Origin: Sarea resinae
Taxonomy: Eukaryota
Assembly: GCA_026026165.1 (NCBI GenBank)
Contig: JAPEUD010000013.1
Span: 1 to 64,000, forward strand
Direction of reading: 5' to 3'
DNA: 64,000 nt
In this document: positions 26,161 to 36,620 of the stretch, one piece after another
How positions within the stretch are numbered: position 1 is the first letter of the stretch
Layout of the letters: each line of letters begins with the position of its first letter
Notes under the pieces: generated by a model
What the model was told of the DNA's origin: nothing
Seen by the model: the letters and a program-made list of their open reading frames with translations, nothing else
Databases searched by the model: none
Made by a program: the position numbers and the translations under genes

Positions 26161-27915
26161 CGGGGAATCCTGGGCAACGCTTCACCACTAAGCCATATGA
26201 CCTGTTTGTTGAAGTATCGTCCGCAAATTGAACATAAGAACATAGACCCCACAGTGGACGTGGAGAATGTTGATACACGGCCCAGTCTTGCACACAACAT
26301 ACATATCTGTACCTTTACCACCACCTATTTACCACCACCGGCCGCCAAGCAGCGAAGTATAATCATCATGAAAGGCAACATTTAACTTACCATAACACGG
26401 TACCATAGCACGCGATATCTCTTTCAGTCGCAACTTTGTCTCTTCATTGGACTTCATATCCGGGCGGAAGCCAGCTCAAAAGCACATCACCTCTGGAAAG
26501 CTCAAAGGAATGCTGCCAAAGCTATGGATTTGTTGACTGCAAAGACGAAAGTGGTGATTGATCGATGGGGGGAAGCAGCAACGCTGGAAGCCGGCCACTC
26601 TATATACGCCGCGAAAAGGAAGCTGGCAGAAAAAGACTTCAACTTCGGAAAAGGGATTGGCTCCCAGTGTCAAATACGTCGTGCCTCGGATGGGAGCTTC
26701 TGAAGCATTTCGTATAGTTCTATCTCAAATCAGTATGTCTATATTTACCCATCCTTTCGCCCCCTTGATCGGAGTTGCAGAGTCAAGATAGCTGATCAAA
26801 GATGCGAATTCAGTGACGACTTCATGATCTTGCAGACAGTCTGATTTTACACAGCTTCGTGGCTTCGAACGTTTTCCTAGATACTTTCTCAGATTGTCTA
26901 TCATCCTTACAATTGCGGAGCGCTTCATGTCAGTAGCAATCGAGATCGCGCACTTTACATTTGATTGGCGAGCTCCTGGCTTGGAATGCGATGCAGTACA
27001 GCTTGGCCCTATTTTTCCATCTCCAGGCTTTTTGTGGCTTTTATCAATACCGAGCGACGAATAACGGTTTTGCAGACGAGAAGCGCGACGGACAGAATAT
27101 GAGGATAACTCTAGGCTCGGTCATAAGGTCTTCATCTGACTATCCGAGATAACGACCGCCGAGATAACGAGAGTCAATTATACGAAATACGATGGGGTGG
27201 AAAAGAGCGTTGACTGCTTTCGGGTTTGCAGGGCAATGGAGATGGGTGAGATATGTCGTTGAAAGTAGGTTTTGATTGTATCTTAAGGTAAGGCACCTTA
27301 CCGTAGGTACTAAACCAACTATCCCGAAACGGGCTTATTAAGGTACCGGGCTTCGTGTCAGATAGATCACCGAGAACTACGAGTACAGTACCTACATGCA
27401 CTTACCTTACCGAGTAAGATACCTAACCTAGGAAGCAGATAAGCAGTGGAGTGGACCCTACCTAACTTTAGCAGCCCAGGATATGACGAGTAACGTCATG
27501 GCGACTTTTATTAAATCCTGAGTGCCCGACGAGCGGACTACCAACGACTACCTCAACGAACCTACAAACAGAAGGCTTCAAGCAGGTGCATTCCGAGCTT
27601 TGTCGAGAAGTAGACACTCTCCACACTGACTCTACGGTACTCTATTTAGTACTGATCAACTCAATAGACAAATTGAGTAGCTGCCACGGGTCAAAATTAC
27701 ACGGTGGTGGAAAAGCGCGGACCAGCACAAATACGTCAAAGGATATCGCAAATGGCAAGCGTTTCCCTTACTTTCGAAGAGTGATGAGATCCATTACTAA
27801 CAGAGCAATCTTTCTGAGATCATGGCGCCAAGCTGGATGAGAAGTGGATGATCCTGGAGGGGACCAGGAATTCATGTTTGTGTGCACTTGAGATTGAGAA
27901 CAATTCGTTCGGTGC

Positions 27916-28015
27916 CAGGGCAGTCGATGGTCCAGTGGTCCACCAGTCTAAATAGCCCACTGCTCCAGATGTTCTACGGGCCTTGAACCGACCATTTGGA
28001 CCATCGACAGCCCTG
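27916..28015. mobile_element. 100-bp MITE, hAT-type (CAGGG termini, 8-bp TSD)
   Basis: TIRs CAGGGCAGTCGATGGTCCA / TGGACCATCGACAGCCCTG. Flanks TTCGGTGC (27908-27915) and TTTGGTGC (28016-28023) differ by one C/T change. Confidence 0.85.
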
Positions 28016-28688
28016 TTTGGTGCAGGGTCTGTATCAAGCTAGCAATGTCATGTTGGCTGGTGCTGTTCAGTCAAGGCAAATCTACTTTTCTGTTCATGCC
28101 AGTGCGAGATCTCGGATCGATCTACTTTGCCTTCTTGTGCTCAGGGTCCAGTTGAAGACGATGATCTCTTCCATAATGTTTGGCATGATCTTGCCGCCTC
28201 CATCGATGATATCGGATCGAGGGCATTTCCTATATATCCTTCCGTGGTCATTACCGCTTTATCTGCAAGAGTCTCAAAGCTGGGTAGATATGAATTGTTT
28301 TATTTTAGAGGAGATTACTCTGCGTTAAAGAACAATTTGGATTCTATACCTCCGACTGCCTAATCTGGGTGCATTGAGATTGCCGCCCTCGTCATCCAGT
28401 GGTGTGTCGGATAGCATAAGGTACCTAGGTAGTTATGGGCGTCTCCCACATATTCTATGTTCTCAAGCTTTTCGAATTCCTTGCCCACAAAAGCACCAAC
28501 AGTGTATTGATCACATTTCGTCCCAATTCAATTCTAAACCAGATTAACGCAAATCAACGAGAACAGCCAGCCAAATATCAATACGGTGCTAACATTCTTC
28601 ACAGTCCGTCTATAAGCATCAATCACGTCTTTTTGTGGCCGCAGAAAGACTCCATACATTTACCTTTGAATAGCAAGGCAAGAACACA

Positions 28689-30881
28689 ATGTCGACGGAG
28701 ATGTTCCACGTCTTCGGAGATCTCGAATTTGCCGTCAAAGATGTCACGGACAAGAAATCGCTAAGGAAATTGAGAGAGTTTGCTCCATTCCTTGAACGTC
28801 TTGAGCAGTCTGACCTCGAAGAACAGGAAGCGTCGTATGACTATCGAACACAGCCAGCGTTGTTCGACTATCGAACTTCGTTCGATGAATTCCAGAAGGC
28901 CGAAGTTGCAACATGGCCGGAAGGCTCACGATACGAGAAGTTCGAGCAAGAATTGGTCCGCCCTTCGGGGAATATCGATGCAAGGATTTCAAATCATTTG
29001 CACTATCCTAGCTTCACGACCAAACATCGATATGATGGAGAAATTGCAGACGATACAAATTGCTGCATTCGGCTTGTGCTGAAGAAAGGCTTTAACATCG
29101 GCAATTCGTTCATGTTCAATACCTTCTCAAGACGAGAAGGAAGAGACAAGCTCAAGGACTATAGCCGAGAGACAGAGGACGTCCACCGCGGCTGGTCCAA
29201 TCGTCTCCATCGTGCAATGACAGCGAAGGTCGAGATCGTCTGGGGCGCAGCTAGTCGTCAGTGGATGGAAGAGAATCTCGATCTCGTCCAGTTGAAACTC
29301 TTCGGCCCTTGGAAAGGGGTGACTCTACATCTGGAGCGAAGCCCAGCGAATGAAAACATTGAGAGAATCATCGTTTTCGTTCATCATCCAGAGTATTTCC
29401 TCCATCAGTATGATGCCGGGATCGCTCGCCGCCAGGATCGCGCTCTGAACGCCGCCGCGGCGCTTGCTGGGGTACGTGTCGATGAGAATTTCTTCGAGCG
29501 ACGGGCAAAGTTCCTTGAACGGCCTTTCGACCAAATAATAGAAGACGAAGACGATGAGAATGAGGGCGAGGTGAGCAAATGCCTATAGCTGAAGTCGGCG
29601 ACTTCTCTTGCCATACTAACGAACTTTTAGCTTCGCTCACCCTCTGCAAGAAAGCTTCACTTTGTCCTCATGGACCTCCTTGAGGCTGAAGCGGAAAACG
29701 AAGGGTTCCAATATGATTGGTTGCCCTACAGAGTCACGAGTTGGCTCTCCGACTCATACGATATAACCGACCAAGACGGCCTCCATAAGAAGTGGAAAAG
29801 TATATTCGGTGATGGTGAAGACAGTGAGTCGGAGCCGGGTACTGATATGGCTGAGCTTGAAGCATCCGAGTCTAGCTTAGTTGGAAAGATCTTCAGTCTC
29901 TACGGACGAAAGGGCGGAATGGCACAGCTTCGAGGAAGGTCTAGGGACGAACACGGAAATGTATTCTCCGTGATGGATCCCTACGTCATTCCCTATCCTA
30001 ATAGGACCATGGAGCGAAAATGCCACCGATGTGGTCGGGGGATGGAAGCGGATACGTATGTCCGCTACGGGAAAACGCATCCGACATACTACGTCGCTCA
30101 TGGGCATAAGGGATGCCACAATAGGAGCTGCGAAGGGAGGAGATGCTGGGCCATTCCAGTGGATGATTCCATCCCATGGCAGGCAGGCCAGCTTGATATG
30201 CTGCAGCTGGAAAACCCAACCGATCGAGGGAAAATCCCCGAGTATGCAAAGCATATCGCAAATGGCTCGACCTTTGGGAAACCTGACGTCGTTCCTGTTC
30301 GATGCATTGGCTGTGGAACCATCGGAGCGAACGACGAAGAGGCGGCATACACTCGAGAGCCACCTCATGTGTATCACGCAAGGGATAGAACTTGTCCAGC
30401 TTGTAAGAAGCAGTTGACATTTGTGCCAACAGACGGAGGAGATTACGTCACAAGAAAGGGGTTGTGGTCATGGGAGCATAACAAAGAAATGCCGCTTGAC
30501 AAATATACGACCTCCCAAGGCAGCAAGTCCAATCCACCCGCAAAGAGAAGTGGATTTGAGCACTGGATTGCGAGCGGTGAAGAGTTTGGCCTGCCAACTG
30601 CGGTGCAGCTGAAGTGCTCTGTATGTGGGACAACGGGCAAGGTAAATAAGAAAGCTAAGTATCTGAAAGAAGTCCCTCATCTCTACCATGCAGGGCCTAG
30701 AATTTGTGACACTTGTGGGAAGGCCAGAAGGCTTTTTGTGCCAGCTGACGATCAGGGATACGTCGACTCAGACACTTTGATGAAATGGGACCGAGAAGTC
30801 AAGAAGTCGAGTACAAAGACAGACGCCGCAGAGAATATCGTGCAAAAGGACCAGCAAAGCCGCAAAAGAAGGAGGAACTAG
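28689..30881 (+). CDS. UDG-superfamily-like domain + acidic linker + three Cys4 zinc-ribbon repeats (710 aa), 2 exons; paralog A
   Basis: ORFs 28689..29588 and 29670..30881 join in frame through intron 29571-29630 (GTGAGC...ACTAAC...TAG). The protein is clearly paralogous to 38234..40042. Motif order GNIDAR-LHYP / FMFNTFSRRE / KVEIVWG / VHHPEYF matches the UDG fold. Confidence 0.8.
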
Positions 30882-30917
30882 ACATAGGAGAGCAAGTTGG
30901 CGTGGCGTCTCCTATGC

Positions 30918-31081
30918 TACGCTTCGGCGTGGCCTATACTGAGGTACGCTTCGGCGTGGCCTATACTGAGGTACGCTTCGGCGTGGCCTATGCTGAGGTA
31001 CGCTTCGGCGTGGCCTATTGCTCTGGTACGCTTCGGCGTGGCCTCATTGACCTCTCGGCTTGCCGGGATCTCGAGGAAGCT
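30918..31081 (+). repeat. Array of five TACGCTTCGGCGTGGCCT hairpin repeats (9-10 nt linkers) plus conserved tail
   Basis: Five exact 18-mers at 30918-31044, starting 37 nt after the stop codon, followed by CATTGACCTCTCGGCTTGCCGGGATCTCGAGGAAGCT. Confidence 0.95.
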
Positions 31082-32639
31082 TAGTAGAGGAAGCGTTTAT
31101 TCAGTATTGTAGCCAGCAAGTAGAGTATGTTGAAATATCCGGCTGTATGTCCGTCGATTTCTCTACCCTACTAACAGCTGTTATACAGTACTTTTATAAA
31201 GCTTGATATGAGGCAATTGAGCATGAAGCTCTACTGCATAGAATAGGAGAAATAAACAATCGTACTGAGGGGAGAAACGGCTGAATATCCCTGACCGTAT
31301 TGCCTACTCCGGTTTAGTCACATGATCGGGCTGGATCTGTTAATTCCGACAGGATAGGCCAGATATAAGATACAAGGTGCAAAACACTTCGCGATGTATT
31401 GTCCTGAGTGAAGAATGCTTAGAGCGGTGTCATAGTCCGTGCAAGGCGTTTAGCTAGTAGTCCAGTGTAGAGTGATCCGCAGGGGCGAGTGAGGGGAGGG
31501 TGTTTGCGCAGTCTACTCAACGTTGGGTAAACCTGCTACGTCTTGTCAAGAGGGTAGTAAAGAGAAGGTCTTCATCTATAGTATCAGGGGCAGGGAATAG
31601 GGCGTGCGAAATCCGACAACCGTTTTTGTTTGTCGTGTGGGTTGGACTGCGCTTGTGGTGTCAGCGTCGACAGCATCAGCTCCCCCGCCTCTTTCCCTTC
31701 AGCCTTAGAGTCAGTCTCTGGCTTAGTCTCCGACTCGGCAGTAGACGACTCAAGCATATTTCGACCAAATACAGACACTATCTCCGTTTCTTGCTCTATA
31801 GACCTGGTCCTATTGTTTCTGTTTCTGTTTACGGCAAATAGAGCGGGCCAGATCACGACTCTGATCTCCTAGCTGCAGATCTGGACTTTGTGGCCCCTGT
31901 AGGCTGGCGGCGCTGCGCCCCAGGCTTGCGTTAAGAGCTTGGTAGATATAAAGAGGGCCCAGTCGAGTTGCGTCATGGAGGGTGAGGTGAAACTATAACA
32001 GAGACTAACTTTTCGTTGAAGCTTTTGTAATATAAGATCTTATTTGCTTCCTGATCTACCTAGCTCTTTCGCTCCTCCTTTGCGGAGCCGCAGCCGCGAT
32101 CCACGAATGCAATTCGGCAGATGCCGAAGGGAGAAACTGTGAAATTCTCAGTTATCTCCGCATAGGTTTACCGTCTTGTTAGCTAGGTTTCAGTCCTTAT
32201 ATAGATACCCATATAGATAAAGACTCTACCTTCTAAATGTCACTTGAGAGCTAAGAGGCTCCAGCCACTTTTATTGACGACAGATTTCACGTCAGCCATT
32301 CCTCGAAGATGAAATAGAAAGGGCAACACGAAGCGCTGCAAATGTCTCGTAGGACTCCTTTGACAAGACAACAGAAATGGAGCTTAATTCCTTGGATTTG
32401 AGTTAACTGAGACTCTAACATAGCGCTTATAAAGCTCCTGAGTTCTTCTAGCTCAGGATATATCGATGAAGTTGTCGCCTCGACCTGCATTCTTGCAGTG
32501 CCTCCCTGAAAACGAGGAGGCATGAATCCATTTAGGAGCTTTGCAAGAGGACTTACGACACTCTGGTCTGCAATTTGCGTCTTATCTTGATCAGAATCTT
32601 CTCGGAATCGATGGAGAATGCGAGTCAAACTCCCCTCTG

Positions 32640-33250
32640 CGAATCCGGCCTGGAAGCAGGCTGCTGGCGGCCTTGCTGGCGGAGGTAGTGGTCCTGGTTC
32701 TGTCTATCAGCATTTGCTTTACTCGAACCTCCTTCAGGTGTCAGAAAACTTACTTCTGCAAATTGCCGGATTTGATTTGCAGGTACGAGGAAAACCTCAT
32801 ATCTGGTGCGGCAGTTGCTCTACCATGACACACAGCTCCCCTGGCTAGGCGTGGCCTTGCTAGATACAGCCTTGCTGGGCCAGGTCCTGCTAGGGGCCAT
32901 GCTAGGGGGGCCAGAGGCTAGCCGGGAAAAAATGATCGGCAGGGACGTTCCTAGGGCCGGTAGCGGGGGCGTTCTAGGGGTTGGCGGCGGGGGCGTTCTC
33001 GGGGAGGCGAGGGCGAGTGGGGAGGTAAAGTTGCGGGTTCTAGTTCTGTCTATCAGCACGCACTTGACTTGAAACCCATAGATGTAAACTGCAGGTGTCA
33101 GAAAATTTACGGCGACAAAGTGACTCATCTCGTTAGCGGGAACTAGAGTCACAGGATATTGGGTCTGACATTGCCCTGCCCGGTGCCCAGTCCTTCCGCA
33201 CGTCCAACAGCGTATGTTCTTCTATAAACCATTGTTAGCATATTCTTTCG
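32640..33250 (-). pseudogene. Heavily mutated copy of the CCHC-module gene (two modules)
   Basis: Exon 33111-33221 encodes KNIRCWTCGRTGHRAGQCQTQYPVTLVPANEMSHFVA. A second module ending CRTRYEVFLVPANQIRQFAE lies at ~32754-32840. The same GTAA..TTCTGACACCTG intron starts are present, and there are many CAG->TAG stops. Confidence 0.7.
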
Positions 33251-35001
33251 CGACTGCATACTTTCAAGTAATATTAAGAACTTAGACAAAGAGTAAATCC
33301 TTCTTCGCACATACAGAAATTCCAAGTGAAGAAGGCTACTGCTAGAAAAACATACATTTGATCGAGCTATCTTTGTAGATACGAAAGGGAGGTAACTGAA
33401 AAATTAAGTCCTCTGAGTATAGATTTACTAGCTAGTTAGTTCTTAATCCCTTAATCTTTCTACTTACCTATAGTCTCTATGTACAAAATGAGTCCGCGGA
33501 AGTTTAGCTACTTGGTGTACTAAATCTCTTTAGCCTAGTATTACTTTGGCATCTCGAATATTAGTTTTAATCATTATTTGCGGTTAAAGGAATTAGATCC
33601 AAAGGATTAGGAGCTCTCTTTAAGGACAAGTGTGAATCATTGGTGCCTTTGCCTATATTGCTATTTTCATAGAGAGGCATTATACTTTTTATAATAGTGC
33701 TAGCTTTTTCTTCATCTTCGGTGTCGGATATTTCAATGATAACGCAAGGAGAGGCTCTTATAGAAGAACTAGTAAAGTGTCCTTTATACTTGCATGAATC
33801 TATACTACAGTCGGCATACCTAAGCTTTAGAGCTCGAGGTAGTAGAGACAAGGTATATATGATTTTTTACTTTGGATAAAAGTAAAATAGAGATCCTCTA
33901 TGTATATAATCAGCATTAGGTCGGCTTTTAATAACTTATTGATGCTCGAGTCCTTATTGTAGGCGCCTCGGTGTAACCTGTGAGCATTTCGAAATTAATA
34001 CCCTGCACGAAGGGGCTAGGAGTGATGAGAAGAAGAAGTTTCGAGAATCAGAGCTGACAAGAGGATTTGCGCAGTAATAGATAGCCGTTGAAGTAGGTGT
34101 TGGAGTGGGTGGGGAGCGGGGCTGTGAATGAACGATGAATGAATGTAGGCTGCGCGATAGCAGGAACTCAACTAAGGGTGAATGAAAGTAAGTTTATGCA
34201 AAGACCCCTCTAGATATCATGTAGCCACAGAGGAAGACAAAGGGCCTAGTGCATCTTGCTTTACTTTTCCTTTGATTCTCTTTCCTCTTCGAATAAAGGG
34301 AATTTAGTTCGTACTGTGTCGTAGAGTTAGCGCGACTTCAGAAAAAAAATAACAAGTTTAGCACGTACTATATCCGCGATTATATAGAGGCTGTTCGAAA
34401 CGTAAAGTTTAAGGCAAGGCTCGAAACTGAACAGCAGCTTGTAGCATCTGCATTTACGCCCGAGTCTTTGGCTTTCCGGTGTTATTCCTCCGAAGTCTGC
34501 ATTTCAATATATCCCCGATCGCAGCTGGCTCAAATAGCCTTTTGAACTTACCACAAGTGCCCCAACTTCTAGCTCCTGTATCATAGAGATAGGCGGATCT
34601 ATTATATATTTTATTTCCTTACCTACATTGCATGTTGTCCGATAGACAAAGAACTTCAGTTGTATTATATTTCGCAGTATAATGGATGCGTTTTCCAGTA
34701 GTAGACATAGATATTATTTTCTATTCCACGGCCACATCGGTGGAATTTCGCTTCATTCTTCTATAGAGGTGACAAAAGATATAGAGATTCTTTCAATGGT
34801 ATCCTGTGCTAGGCTCCGTTCCAGATGAAGTATCACACCCTCTGAGGGCTGAAGAGTTTAGAAACCAGGCCAGCGGTCCGAATAGGCTGAAGAGTTTGGT
34901 CTGATATGCCAAGCCTTTCTTGTGAGGCGTCCCTATATGCATATCTTCCTATAAAGGAGCATGCAAGGGGAAAATTCGAGCAGATTAGGAAGGCCTAATT
35001 C

Positions 35002-35091
35002 TCGATGGTCCAAATAGTCCAGGGGTTTAAAACCACCAAGCGGCCTGATCTAAGAATCTTGGACCGACTATTTAGACCATCGACAGCCCTG
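35002..35091. mobile_element. Degenerate copy of the hAT-type MITE (left TIR disrupted)
   Basis: TCGATGGTCCAAATAGTCC...GACTATTTAGACCATCGACAGCCCTG. Confidence 0.65.
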
Positions 35092-35504
35092 GATTCGATA
35101 GTGAGAAAGATATTCTTGAAGAATCAAAAGCTGACGGGCAGGGTTTGCGAGTTTAGATATACGCGATAGTTGGAAGGGAGCGGATTGAAAGGTGAATAAA
35201 AGTACGTTGCGAGATAGTAGATGGTTGACTGAAGGCGAATGCAAATAGGCTTATGCAAAATGAACGTGAATGCAAAAAGGAAAAAGGACGTATCATCTTA
35301 CTATCAGAGCGAGAGCCTCGATACTACTATCTTATCATAATGATCTCTCCGCTTCGGTCGCCCAACGATTCGGATAAGCTTAACGGCTATCCATACCTTA
35401 GGCGACATCCGCGTTGGTACGTACTCTTCTCACCACCAAAAAAATCTGCCCCCTTATATCAGGGGGCCACCCATCCTTCAACGAAAAAAAAGAATGGTGG
35501 ATGA

Positions 35505-35589
35505 AGGTCCTGCCCGGGATCGAACCGGGATTATTAGGAGTCAGATGCGGTTATCAGAACCTAATGTGCTTCCATTACACCACAGAACC
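35505..35589 (-). tRNA. tRNA-Gln(CTG) with a 14-nt intron (35540-35553)
   Basis: The reverse complement reads GGTTCTG-TGGTGTAATGGAAGCAC-A-TTAGG-TTCTGA-[intron]-T-CCTAA-TAAT-CCCGG-TTCGATC-CCGGG-CAGGACC-T and all stems pair. An oligo-T Pol III terminator lies at ~35484-35491. Confidence 0.93.
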
Positions 35590-36484
35590 CTTTCTTGTTG
35601 AAAGAGAACATTTGAAAGAATATGTGAAGCACACGGCGTGTCCCAGATCCTGAAAAATGTGTCGCATAATGCTTCCGTCGAGTCACCTCCAGTCACGCAG
35701 TCAGAATTCGCGCGAAGCGGGAGAATGCACATTGCGACTAATCTTAAATAGGAAACTCGATGCTGAGCTCCTAGGTACCGCAGTAGTAGGTAGGATATCT
35801 TGCTAAATCACTGAGGCTTGAGAACACGACTCGTGACACAAAGCTGCTCATAGTCTGCCATGAGTTCTGTTCTCAAGCATCGTTCGAGCGCCACCAGATT
35901 GGATACAAATTACCGAATCTTTTGCACTTCTCCTGAACAGTCTCCTTTTTAGGAGACACAATTCGCACACTTCTCTCGCTGCTGCAAAATAGTAGGTCTA
36001 TTGCGTTTTTAAGCTATGAAGGCCTACGTCCTAGTGGAATAAGAAATGCCACAAATACGAAAGAAAGAATGAATGCGAATACGCCCCAAGAAAGTTTGCC
36101 GATTACAGCTGAATATTCGCCCCTGTTCGCACACCCACAATCCTTACCGGGCTTGGGTGGGAAGCGAAGTCAATCAAGGGGATTGGAAAAAGTGCCCGTA
36201 GGGGGGCTCTTTTTTCGGGGTCAGATCTGCGACAGCCTTCAATGGTAATCAGGAAAGTACTCGAGTAGAGTCAATTCCTGTATGCTTGCTGGATTCACCT
36301 AATTCGTATTCACTCCACAAGGAAGTGATTTGGAACATGGAATCCCAGGCTGTGCGGATTGAATGATAATTCCTGTCATACTCTTGGGGAAATCGTGGTC
36401 TACTGAGATGTTTTCCGTACAAGTGGTTCGTCTTCGTTGAATCACAAGCAATCCATCTCCGCCTGCTTCGCCTTCTGATATGAG

Positions 36485-36620
36485 CAGCTGGAGGGCTGTC
36501 GATGGTCCAAATGGTCGGTCCGAAACCCTTGAACCAACCCACCAGGTGGTCCAAAACCTCTGGACCTCCGGACCTCCAGACCATTTGGACCACTGGTCCG
36601 GTGGACCATCGACAGCCCTG
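36485..36620. mobile_element. 136-bp hAT-type MITE with perfect 8-bp TSD
   Basis: GGGCTGTCGATGGTCCA ... TGGACCATCGACAGCCCTG with internal GGTCC/GGACC repeats. GATATGAG occurs at 36477-36484 and 36621-36628. The left TIR carries a ~6-nt insertion. Confidence 0.85.

Noticed and set aside
26400..27180. Coding-like relic on the minus strand
   Set aside because: Broken by stops, with no family recognisable by eye.
27280..27470. GGTAAGG-CA-CCTTACC hairpin and TACCTA/TAGGTA motifs
   Set aside because: Short low-complexity motifs common in fungal intergenic DNA, with no supporting context.
30918..31044. CRISPR-array interpretation of the hairpin repeats (also 40123-40286)
   Set aside because: The linkers are only 9-13 nt and recur rather than being unique spacers. 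The context is eukaryotic and no cas genes are present.
31480..31980. Minus-strand relic with a faint knuckle-like stretch (GHKVQICS*EIRVVIWPA) and a C2H2-like end (TLSRLRKH)
   Set aside because: Too degenerate to assign, although it may be another member of the knuckle family.
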